Positions 12,585 to 23,272 of a DNA stretch of 64,000 nucleotides are shown one piece after another. Positions within the stretch are counted from its first letter, which is position 1. The number at the start of each line of letters is the position of its first letter. Both the position numbers and the translations under genes were made by a program. Below the pieces are notes generated by a model, which saw nothing but the letters and a program-made list of their open reading frames with translations, was not told the origin of the DNA and did not search any database. This DNA is from Balanoglossus misakiensis (Eukaryota; Animalia; Hemichordata): contig CM082581.2 in assembly GCA_040954595.2 (NCBI GenBank), positions 1,604,699 through 1,668,698 of the forward strand, given 5' to 3'.

Positions 12585-12868
12585 TTAAGGGGCAAAGTCT
12601 CTCTCTCTCTCGCTGCCCCTTTTCCATTAATTATCGTTTGATTATCGTTTATGTTATTCTAGATGTGGATATATAGTGAATCAACATTCCATCCCGCTTC
12701 ATTTTGGGCGAGATTTTTACTCTCATATCCTAAAAATGGGATGGAAGGTGTGTGTGGTGGAATGTTGATTCACTATATATCCTCATGTAGAATAACATAA
12801 ACGGTGTCTTGTATCAAACATAATTAATGGGAAAAGGGCAGCGAGAGAGAGAGACTTCGTCCCTATAA
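12585..12868. mobile_element. MITE family A copy
   Basis: ttaa-ggggcaaagtctctctctctctcgctgccc ... gggcagcgagagagagagacttcgtccct. Confidence 0.78.
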
Positions 12869-13233
12869 GGACACCTTTAGCATTGATGAGGTAATATAAG
12901 AATACATCTGATAAAGAATATTTTCACATCCCAATAAACCAAAATCCAAAACAACTGGAAGAGCCGTTTCTGACATAAGTGGACTTTTGGACCAAAAATG
13001 TCTAAAACTACCCACCCCCCTCCTCCCCAGTATTGATATTTGTCACATGTTTATGTACACCATAATAACAAATATTGTAGGTCCTTGTAAACCAAATTTT
13101 AAGAAATCGGAAAAGTGACTACTGAGAATTGACCAGAAATGACAAAAATAAAATGTATTTTTAAAAATATAATTACTAATTTTTGTCATGCTGTAAAACA
13201 ACTCACACGATTAATTGCATCTGAATCCACTAC

Positions 13234-13385
13234 CTGTAAAGTGACAACAAATTCTGTTGTGAATGATGCCAGCTGTCAGTTACAATCTTCATTGTTGAGA
13301 TAATTCTTGCCTTCAAAATATTCTGTACTGCTGAGATTCTGTTTATATGACTGTGCTATGAAATTCCCACCACACAAAGAATACA
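13234..13385 (-). pseudogene. Exon: CUB2 N-terminal half with premature TGA
   Basis: ctttctttcag|...YSLCGGNFIAQSYKQNLSSTEYFEGKNYLNNEDCN*QLASFTTEFVVTLQ|gtagtg; 152 bp, phase 1-0; stop replaces the conserved CxW Trp. Confidence 0.85.
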
Positions 13386-13678
13386 CTGAAAGAAAGAAGA
13401 AGTCATCTTAACAGAAACACTTCACAAACAGGACATCAGCAAGATCACAGTCGAGGTAGGGCAAATATTGCCTACATGTGCAATCTATAATGTTATACCA
13501 GGTTCACGTAGGGTAAAATTCGAAACGTTTCAGAGACACTATTTGCCTAAGGTAAACACAGAGCATTAATGCTTTTAGTTGCCTTGTGTCCACACATGCA
13601 AAGTTTATGTGTAGTTCGCGAAAATTTATCGTTTGCGAAAATTTCCAGTTTTACATTATGTATAAAACTTGGTATTAC

Positions 13679-13880
13679 CTGCTTGCCAAGATGCTTCAAA
13701 GCCAGTAGCAGTATGCGAACTATCTGAGAGAAATTTCACCAACATTGCATTACAGCTGCTAATAACTTCATCAGGCTGGTCCGGTCCACTGTATGTGGCA
13801 AGAACTTTGGATGGGTCAAACACAGACACCTCGACAATGACAACAGTATCATGATAAAGTTCAGTGTCAAAATGTAGAAA
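13679..13880 (-). pseudogene. Exon: CUB1 C-terminal half
   Basis: FLHFDTELYHDTVVIVE...LATYSGPDQPDEVISSCNAMLVKFLSDSSHTATGFEASWQA; 202 bp, phase 0-1. Confidence 0.9.
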
Positions 13881-14244
13881 CTGAAAAGAATAAAAAATGT
13901 CACAACACACATCATAAATAGTGAGCTGTCTCAAGCCAATATACATGAAAATAAACACAGTTTCATGACTTAAGCCCCATTAGCTGTAACTTTTTGCATT
14001 TTTCAGTATTTCTATTCTGTGTATCAATTATAGTTTCTTGTTCAGCTACGCAGGGCAGAGTTAAATCCATAGTCTTAACTTCTCAACGAAACCTATGAGG
14101 GCACAATCGGCATTGTTGTTGTTTGAAAACATTCGTAAATAATGACAACAGTCAGTACACATACACATGACTCGTTGACAAGCAGAGAGCTGGGTGTGAT
14201 GGGTTACTCATGAGGAGAGGAACAAGAAAAAGTGTTTAATTTAA

Positions 14245-14900
14245 ATAATAACACATGATAGCGAGGGCAATATCACGATTTGAAGCCTGCATGAGGGATG
14301 GTGATCTCTGACCATAATATTGATGATGCCCGAGCCGCAGGCGAGGGTATCATCAATATTTTGGTCAGAGATCACCAGCCCGAGGGCAGGCTTCAAATCG
14401 TGATGTTGCCCGAGCATAATGTGTTATTAATTTTATTACGCCGAACATTTGAACGTACATACACTGCAGCATGTAGCATGTAGACTCGCGTCCATATGTC
14501 GTACGTTGCTGAGAATGTAAAATGTCTCGATCTCCCAAGAATTATACGATACCTACTTCGAACTTAGATTATTTTGAAAATACTGCGCTGTTGGTTGCGA
14601 TTTTGGTGTATTTACTGCCCGTTTGCAGTAAAATATCATCCAGTAGAACAGGTGTTAAGCCTGTGTGTCGCTTTGAAGCCATATAGATGCGGGAGTTGAC
14701 TGATCGTGAAGGAAGCCATTGAACGACAGTTTGGAACGCGCAGAAGTCGTGCCCAGAACACCAAAACAACCAAGTGGGCAATATCAGCGCACGCGACAGG
14801 GCTTTATCAACTCTAGCCATGTTATATCACTTTTTTTTCTATATCACGTGAGCGCGTCTCAGCCAATCACGAAAACGGTATAATACGTGAGGTGTAATAA
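14245..14900. mobile_element. Non-autonomous element with a long palindrome, possibly Crypton-type
   Basis: ~85-bp inverted arms (14245-14430) around ccgagccgcaggcgagg; ttattac (14433) / gtaataa (14894) pair; superfamily assignment is from recall only. Confidence 0.5.
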
Positions 14901-15191
14901 ACACAAAACAAAATTACTGATAAACTAGCCTGAAGTTATAGATAATGGCCCTTTAATTCAAAAGTTTACCAAAAATCATGTTTGTTATAAGGAAGAAAAA
15001 AATCAAATTATTTTTTTTTTAGTTGAAATGAATTTAAATCTAATACATGTGTCTGTTTTTTTTAAAGTGTTTGTATGTCGAATGGACGGGAAAAGGTGTT
15101 TTGTATAGGCAGGTTTCCAGATTAGACAGAGTTAGTGGTTTATGCAAGTTTTACTGTAAAAAATAACTGGTTTTGGAATTTGACAGTTTAC

Positions 15192-15327
15192 AAGTGAGCA
15201 CTTATTCTGGATGTTGCAGGTCCCTGGATTGTCCAAATACATTCTTGTAGAATGTAATAATTATCATCTGGGTATCCAGTGCTGTGAAAGGTCCCCGATT
15301 CACCAGTTTCCAAACCACCACATGTTC
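15192..15327 (-). pseudogene. Exon: CUB1 N-terminal half
   Basis: attcag|GA ACA TGT GGT GGT...; TCGGLETGESGTFHSTGYPDDNYYILQECIWTIQGPATSRI; no in-phase donor seen at the 3' end. Confidence 0.8.
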
Positions 15328-15638
15328 CTGAATATCATTAAAATAAAAAGAAAGAGTATGTTTGTGTGATGAATGGTCATAAAGATTCAGCTCATCAAGT
15401 TGACGAAATTTCATTGATGATAAAATTACTTCACCAACAGTGAGTATCCAATGTACATGTATAAAACAATGTTTGTATTAGTATAAATCAAATGTAAAAA
15501 TTTTGAAACGACATTTATCACACCCGAAAATTCCAAGAACCGCATATTATGATTCTCTAAGCTCAAACTATCAGTGTGACAGATGCCAGATTCTTAAAAT
15601 ACTTGGCCCAGTTTTGTTTCTGATTTATATTTATGACA

Positions 15639-15833
15639 TACTGTAAAACAGGAAATTTTTCATGATATCAAAAGTGGCAACTGTTATGCGATGATTGATT
15701 TTCGCATTCTCATATTTCACGGCATTGCTATCTTCGAAAAACATTTTGACACAACTTGTTTATTTTCGCGTTTTTTTGGCTCTCGCATAGTTCGCAAAAA
15801 TGTATCGCTCGCGAAAATTTCCTGTTTACAGTA
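15639..15833. mobile_element. TA-flanked MITE, same family as 9464-9674
   Basis: tactgtaaaacaggaaatttt ... aaaatttcctgtttacagta. Confidence 0.72.
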
Positions 15834-16399
15834 CAAAATTCTTTGAAGATCAGACTTTCTGCTGACAGTTCAAAAGTAGTCTTTAGTTGCAAAGGAGATG
15901 ATCATACAATTAAACCACGATCGTGACGTCACACTATTCAATAGGCAAGTCAAGACAGGTCAAACCTTACTGAACACATGTATTGCATGGAGAAACTTTT
16001 CTCCCTGTCTGTGTACTGAACACGTACCGTGATTGCCATAGTTACAAACGTTACCACGTGAGAGAGAGTGCATTTTACATCTGTCTTTTCAATTTTGTTG
16101 CTTTCTTACTATTCGGACTGATGGAGTCGAAACGAAAACTTTTTGCTTCAGGTGGACCTAGGGGAAATACCTTATTTGTGACTTTTTTCATGACCCTAAA
16201 AAGACGTCGGAATTAATGTGGCTGAGGTCACTCAGGACGACGGAATGGTTGAGCGATTTTATTTTATGAGCTCCCACTAGTATTTGTTTTATTGTTTCGG
16301 CAGTGTGTCGCGTTATTCGAGCAATCTGCAGTCTGAAAACGAACGGTTTTCAAAGTTTATAACAGAAGAACAGGGGTTTAAGCATGAAAGGTCCTGTTG

Positions 16400-16640
16400 T
16401 CTCCCTCGCTGTGTTTGTGTCACTGTGTCTTTGACGTCTGACTGACTGATTAACTGGCTGACTGACTTACTGACTGTCTGTCAACGTCGGTCTGTCTGAC
16501 TGTCTGCCCCCTCTCTCTGAGAGAGAGAGTGAGCGAGCGAGCGAGCGAGCGACCGATGAGTGTCTCTACTGATGAATGTTGCTCTGTCTGTCTGCTTGTG
16601 TCTGTCTGCCACTCTGCCTGTTTCACTCTGTCTCTCCTAA
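16400..16640. repeat. Compound degenerate microsatellite (ACTG, TCTG, GA, GAGC)
   Basis: Directly visible short-period repeats. Confidence 0.8.
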
Positions 16641-17412
16641 TTTCTTTAAATTTAGGGATATGCTATTAATGCGATATGAAAGTCAGACACGACGGAAACC
16701 TTTTATTCTCAAAACTGTCTGTTGTTTGCTGTTAAATATTGCAAAAGGTTAAGGGCCCTTTTCGCACGAGACACATGGCTTTGCAGCCGTAGCTCCCAAT
16801 GTCATAACGATTACCCGAACTACCCTAATTTTAGCCCGCCGACCCAAAACAGTTTAGATCTTCGTAAACCGGAAGTAAAAATAACGATGTCAAATATACA
16901 ACAATTCATGAAAATTGCGAGAATCACGCAAGAACTATGATGTCATTCTTCTACACTACGACGGCCAAAGATATAAAAAAATTGAAAAATAAAAAAATGT
17001 CCCTTTCTACCTACCCTATTTTTGAAAACCATGTAATCGGAATAGCACATATTAGTTTTTTTGGCCTGAGACATATCCAATTTCCCAACTGAACATGACA
17101 CGTGATCAAGCATTTTCGACTTATCAGATGCAATCGCTGAACACCTCACACTAAGCGAGGTTTTGTCTGTCTTTATACGCGCCCTTTGTATTTGTGCGTG
17201 ACATGTCCAAGCCTTGTTAGGATCTCCCATAAAATTCTACTCAAATGATGTATACTTTCATACTTACGACTGACAGGTATTTTCAGCGTTGCCAGCTGAT
17301 TGTTTGTCAGGTACCGCTTTATAACAAGACGCCCCTCTGAGTTGATAACCTGCAATGTAACATCATTCAATTGGTCTAGTCATGTTAGCATTAGTAAAAT
17401 GCTTCAAAAGTG

Positions 17413-17711
17413 TTAAAGGGACATGATACAAGACACCGTTTATGTTAGTGAATGAACGTTCAACCACACACAACTTCCATCCCGCTTGTATGATACGAGA
17501 GTAAAAACCCGCCCGAAATGAATAAATGGTAGAGACCGTTTATTCATTTTGGCGACTTTTTAAAACTCTCGTGTCTATACAAGCGGAGTGGAAGGTGTGT
17601 ATGGTTGAACGTTGATTCACTATATCCACATGTAGAATAATATAAACGCAGTCTTGTATCAAACATAATTAATGGAAAAAGGGCAGCGAGAGAGAGACTT
17701 TGTCCCTTTAA
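17413..17711. mobile_element. MITE family A copy with deletion in left TIR
   Basis: ttaa-agggaca|tgatacaagacaccg ... gagagactttgtccct-ttaa. Confidence 0.75.
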
Positions 17712-18048
17712 TGAATACAGCTACAATGTTCTGTTTATATCTACTGACGGACCAGGCATGGATTGTCACGTATAATTCTTTGAAACGTTTGGTCCTCTGA
17801 AGAAATCTGAGCACTCATCTACTCAGTTTGCTTATTTTGTCTTCCTCCACCAGTCAGTGGTATCGTCCGATTTGATACTCCACTCTAAGCCTCTTTCTGA
17901 ATGGCTATTTAAGTTGTGATCTGTAAGTCTTAAACCTTTCATCACCCCCCCCCCCCCGTTTCCTCTTTAGAGGTCCAACATTAACATAGAAAACAATTGG
18001 TTTTGACTGAACCATGTTGGTGAAAGGGCTAGGGTCAATTCAACTTAC

Positions 18049-18106
18049 CTTCTGGACATTCATATTTCACAAAGGGTGTTCCAAACAGTGCTCCAAGATC
18101 CAATTG
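18049..18106 (-). pseudogene. Candidate upstream exon (QLDLGALFGTPFVKYECPE)
   Basis: ttttttgtcacag| ... GAAG|gtaagt; 58 bp, ends phase 1, compatible with the CUB1 exon; domain identity unclear. Confidence 0.5.
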
Positions 18107-18504
18107 CTGTGACAAAAAAACAATAAGTTAGCTGCCAGTGCACTCAATGATGTACGCGCAGAACGTCAACTGGTAAACTGTGCGCCTGTGTCTCTTCCCA
18201 TAGGAGTACATGGAGAATAGTTAGAAAACTCCCTTCTATTATTGTCATTTTCAGGAAATTTTACACATAGCTCCGACAAATCAAAATAAATTCACCACGG
18301 TCTATTTTGAGATAAACTTTGTTCAATATTGTATCCATAGGCAAACCATTGGTAGAAAATGCTGACCGTCAGCAGTTTTCTTCAATTATCGACTAAATTC
18401 ACGGCCTTGTTTAAAGTCGAAAACAAGTGCAGTGACCCAAAATGGATTTTCATTATACATACAAATCAGAAACGAAAATCCACGATTAAAAGAAATGACA
18501 ATAC

Positions 18505-18801
18505 AAAACACCGTTTATGTTAATGTAAATGTGGATATATAGTGATGCAACGTTCAACCGCACACACCTTCCATCCCGCATGTAGACACGAGAGCGAAAA
18601 CTCGCCAAACTGAAAAATCGGTCTCTACCATTTATTCATTTTGGGCGAGTTTTTACTCTCATATCATACAAGCAGGATGGAAGTTGTGTGTGGTTGAACG
18701 TTCATTCACTACATATACACATGCCCATTAATATAAACGGTGTCTTGTATCAAACATTATTAATAGAAAAGGGCGACGGGAGAGAGAGTTTGCCCCTTTA
18801 A
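18505..18801. mobile_element. MITE family A copy, left-truncated
   Basis: Shares acaccgtttatgtta...gtggatatatagtg core and ends tttgcccct-ttaa. Confidence 0.7.
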
Positions 18802-20129
18802 GGCGACATGATGCATGAAGTGGCGAGAGATAAACGCGACTGACCACCGCATTAAACACTGTCAAGCAAGGCACTTCAAATGCCAATTGTTTAAGTGTGT
18901 ACTAAGTAATAGTTTCATGTACCATGTCCTGGGGGGGGGAGGGGTCAAATCACAACAGTTGGACATGTACGAATATGAAGAGACGATATCAGTTTTTTCA
19001 TGTCTTCCTTTAGTAAACAATCTTTTTTTAACTTTGTATAGAATTCATTGAACTTTACTTTAGCTTATGAACTCTCATTTGCACATCGTCATCTTGAAAT
19101 TGTGTCGACTTTATCATAAGGTTTTTATAACTCAACTAGGTCGCAAAACCTATTTAAGTTAGTGAGAATAGGACGTTCACCTTTTGGGTTGATGGCTACA
19201 GACATTAATCCTGACTCATACACATGTTGCAGCCAGTATACTCTGCAGACATTGGACACAATAGTTTTACTAACCATTGAATTTTATTGGACCATCAAGT
19301 TTATTGACCCATGACGTTCATATAGATTGTATGACACGACTGACGCTATAATCGGTCCATACCTTCGGCGAGCCAAGTGTTTTATAACATCATAAGATAT
19401 TAATACCTATCACCCAGTCAAACGATTTCAAGTTATACAATTTCCACGCCAATAGGACGCCTTTAGGTGGAAATGCAACCAGGTATCCTGAATAGGAAAA
19501 TATTCCGGGTATCTGTCAAGTTTAGTCCCATATTTAGGGGACCAAGAGCCCTCAGGCGCTTGGTCCCCTTCTGTTATTGCTGGAGTTTGTCTTCTTTCTT
19601 CTTGAGTCGTTTTTTTGCGCCCGTTTTTCTCTGAAATTCCGGCAGGTGCGCCTTCCAAATTTGGCACGGTGGTTGGGGCCCATAGTACTGGTGCACCAGC
19701 CCTTTGAATTTGTAATTAGTCACGTGACTTTGTTGCTATAATCGAGCGAAATTTTCAAATTGACCTAATTTGCACGTTAATGGGGGCATGTACATTCTTT
19801 TCGCGATTTTTGTAGACCATGTGGCCAAAATCCCCTGTGCCAAATTTCAAGGTCCTAGGCCACGTCGATTTTGAGAAGAAGATTTTTGTAATATTTTTTC
19901 GCTTTTTTTGGTGGGCTGAGGACGGACACTGGGGCATCGGACTTTGACCGTCATTACGTTATGTTGTGGAGATCTCATTAGCAGGCTACTCACTTCTGGC
20001 GGGTTGCAGTAGTCCTTGGAAAATCGGCTGAAATACGTAAACAGACCAGTGATTATTTTCCACGGAATGAATTTTGGGACAACACATTATCGGAGTTCAG
20101 GCTGTGTTAGGGCGTTTTATTGAATTACG

Positions 20130-23100
20130 CTGAGTTTGGATTGACTACTGTGTTACCACTGAAATTTCTCATAGCAATGTTCTTTCAATTTCGAGTCTTT
20201 GCAATGTTGTTGACTCCGACCATATTCCTGTTTCAATAGAGGTTCATTTCAACACTTCTGCGGATGAAAGCTTCAGCAGTAGTTCCTTCAAGCAATGTAA
20301 TTTTCGAGTTGATTGGAAAAAATTGTCACAGCAGAATATATCCGCCTACACCGGTTGTACCAAAGCCAAGATTGATAAGATTAATTTATCCGAAGAGTTA
20401 TTCTGCACTAATGTGAACTGTACAGACCCTTCGCATTTACAGGCAATTGATACTTGTTATAGTAGTATTGTGGACGCATTGAATTGTGCTGCAAAAGATA
20501 CCATTAGACGTAAGTTTCACCAGAAAGTTCATGTTGTGCCTGGCTGGAACGATTTTGTAAAAGAAAGTCACGACTATGCCCGTTCCATGTTTTTATTATG
20601 GGTTAATGTGGGTTAACCTAAACAAGGCCCGCATTTTGAAACCATGAAATCTTCCAGAGCTCGTTTTTAGTATGCTTTACGTGCTTGTAAAAAGATTGAG
20701 AATCAAAATAGGGCTGACAAGATGGCTGATAATTTACGCTGCCACAAACAGAACGACTTCTGGGAGGAAGTCAGAAAGCAAACTAGCAGAAAAACGCCGC
20801 TTTCTGACACTGTAGGTGGAGCGACTGGTGAGAGTGAAATTGCAATTATGTGGCACAAGCATTTCAGTGATATTTTGAATTCTGTCCAGGCTCAGACTGG
20901 TAAAAATGACATCGAGGAGAAAATGAAGTATGTTAAATTTTCTTCTGATATGTATGTTTCTGAAGACGAAGTAATTTCTGCTATACATAAGTTACCTGAT
21001 GGTAAGACAGCTGGCATTGACAATATTTTAGCTGAGCACCTCAAATTCTCAGACTCCTCTATTTTACCCTTTTTGACTTGTTGTATTAATGCAATGATTG
21101 TTCATGGTTACCTGCCAACTGAGGCTATCAATGTTAATTTAGTTCCAATTATTAAGGATAAAACTAAGCTTTGTAGTGATGCCAGTAACTACCGGCCGAT
21201 AGCACTAGCAACTGTTTTCTCTAAAGTTTTTGAGCATATTTTACTTTCTCGTTGTGAGGAGTTTCTTACCTCTCATTATTTACAATTTGGTTTCAAGCGA
21301 GAACATTCAACTGACCTGTGTTTATTTGCATTTAAAGAAATCATTAGCTACTACACCAGCAATGGAAGACCAGTGTTTACTTGTTTTCTGGATGCTTCAA
21401 AAGCTTTTGACAGAGTTAATCACTTTAAACTGGTTATAATTAACAAGCACATCGACAGGAATGTTCCCTTGTATGCTGTACGAATTTTATATTAATGGTA
21501 CAGAAATCAATTGTTTACTGTGTTGTGGGGTAATGAAACCTCAGAGTTGTTTTCTGTTTCTAACGGTGTAAGACAAGGGGGGGGGTACTCTCTCCCTATC
21601 TTTTTAATGTCTACATTGATGATATTATCAATGCACTCTGTAAAGCCAAAGTTAGCTGTACCATGTGTGGTGTCAGCGCTAACACTTTAGGTTACGCTGA
21701 CGACATGACTCTACTCAGTCCAAGTATTAAGGGTCTACGCCGTCTTCTTAGAATTTGTGAAATTTATGGCAAGGATTATGATATCATTTATAATTCTAGT
21801 AAAACTGTGTGCATGCTTTTTAATGGGAAGAATATGAGCGTTCAAAGAATTCCTTCGGTTAAACTTAATGACATCACTTTAAAGTTTGTACCTGTACACA
21901 CCTATCTGGGCCATGTTATATCTTGTGATGGTTGTGATAATGAAGATATTGAACGACAGAGAAGAGCATTTTGTGTAAGAGCAAACATGCTATTGAGACA
22001 TTTTCAACATTGTAGTCAAGATGTGAAGAAAGTTTTATTTTTGGCATATTGTTGTAATATTTACTGTTGCAGTTTGTGGGCATCCTTTAAAGTTAAACCG
22101 ATGAAAAAATTTAAAACTATGTACAATAATGTTTGCAGAAGATTTCTCGGTCTTCCGCCATTTTGCTGTGCATCGGGTATGTTTGCTACAAACCATGTAC
22201 ATGTATTGTCACTTGGTGAAGTTTTTAGACGCAATATGTACAGTTTTAAGATGGGTCCCTGGGATCTTTTTGCTCGTTGCTGTGGGCCTTTATAGGACAT
22301 TACACCCCGATTTGGACTAAGCCGTTTTCAGAGTCTAACAAGGGGCTGGTAACTAGTTGAAAATCTGCACGATTATGTGCACACCCCCTGTCCGAGTATG
22401 TTTACGGCAGCTACCACCCGGCCATAGGCCGCCACGCTAATACGGCAAAGCAGCGGTCAGCGATAGCGTGCGCGTCCTGTAACCACAGTAACTGGATCGA
22501 ACGCTAAAAATCCAATGTTTTGTACACAGAGATTTTGTACCGTTCACGAAAATCCCTAAGGCTTTTTTCATAGGCCACGTACGCCAGTCAAATTTGACCT
22601 GCTTGTTGAGAACGCACTTCCGCACAGTGTGACGGATCGTTTTTTCGGTTTTCGTCGTGCTAAGAAGCGATACCGGTGGAAGAGTGCGTCCAAAAACACC
22701 CAAAATCGATGACTTTTTCAGGTGTGGTACGGGTATGCTGAAATCTTAGGATACAACGATAATATTCGAAAACAAAATCCGTCACGATCTTCCCTGGTTC
22801 AAGCAACTAATGAATACGTATCAAGTTCGTTTTTGAGGTCACGGAATAAAAAGCCTTAGGCTTTTGAAATTTGACCTAGCTAATTTTCATATCAATGGCG
22901 TCAGGGGGCGCGCGCTCACAATCGTGCAGATTTTCAACTAGTTACCAGCCCCTTGTTAGACTCTGAAAACGGCTTAGTCCAAATCGGGGTGTAATGTCCT
23001 ATAAAGGCCCATAGCAACGAGCAAAAAGATCCCAGGGACCCATCTTAAGCGTAGACTCGAAAATTCTTCTAATGTTTTACTTGATGCGATCTGTTCATCA

Positions 23101-23272
23101 GATAGAGCGACTGACAGCATATTTTTCAAACATTGGCGAAAGCAATTGTATATCATGTAAGTTTTTTTTGTGTGTGTGTCTCAGTGTCAGATTATTATTA
23201 TTGTTTTTTTTTCTTCTCTCTTTTGGGTATATGGACTTTTTTTAAAGTCTGAAATAAAGAATTGTTATTATT
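20130..23272 (+). mobile_element. 5'-truncated, degenerate non-LTR retrotransposon (APE-RT ORF2, RTE-X-like)
   Basis: APE C-terminus WIDYCVTT...SDHIPV (20137-20235); RT motifs YRPIAL, QFGFK, LDASKAFDRV, QGG, YADD; stops at 20614, ~20668, 21493 and frameshift in the G-run ~21577; ORF end at 23160, AATAAA ~23253. Confidence 0.9.
22250..23044. mobile_element. 795-bp non-autonomous DNA transposon with 125-bp TIRs and TTAA TSD (Kolobok-like GA...TC termini)
   Basis: TTAA 22246-22249 and 23045-23048; TIRs 22250-22374 and 22920-23044 with one mismatch seen; removal restores LINE frame YSFK|RRLENSSN...LYIM*. Confidence 0.92.

Larger units (their letters stand above)
5729..18106 (-). pseudogene. Multi-exon CUB-CUB-CUB-Sushi(x4)-EGF_CA(x2) extracellular protein gene, uninflatable (uif)-like; apparently inactivated and incomplete in window
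   Basis: About 13 GT-AG exons read manually with largely compatible phases; domain order and the EGF insert LYANNGTGGFYLPPGETGLSMYDVYTFNQSCV resemble uif-family proteins (recalled, not searched). Lesions at 13276-13278 (TGA), 12474-12475 (acceptor CG) and ~15192 (phase break). Confidence 0.75.

Noticed and set aside
16160-17070. Possible DNA transposon ending in cctacctaccct...ttttttggcct
   Set aside because: Only one plausible terminus found; no matching TIR or TSD could be established.
19270-19365. Possible further upstream exon of the uif-like gene
   Set aside because: Stops in all three minus-strand frames and no recognisable domain motif.
22250-23044. piggyBac assignment because of TTAA
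   Set aside because: Termini are GA...TC, not CC...GG; fits Kolobok-type better.
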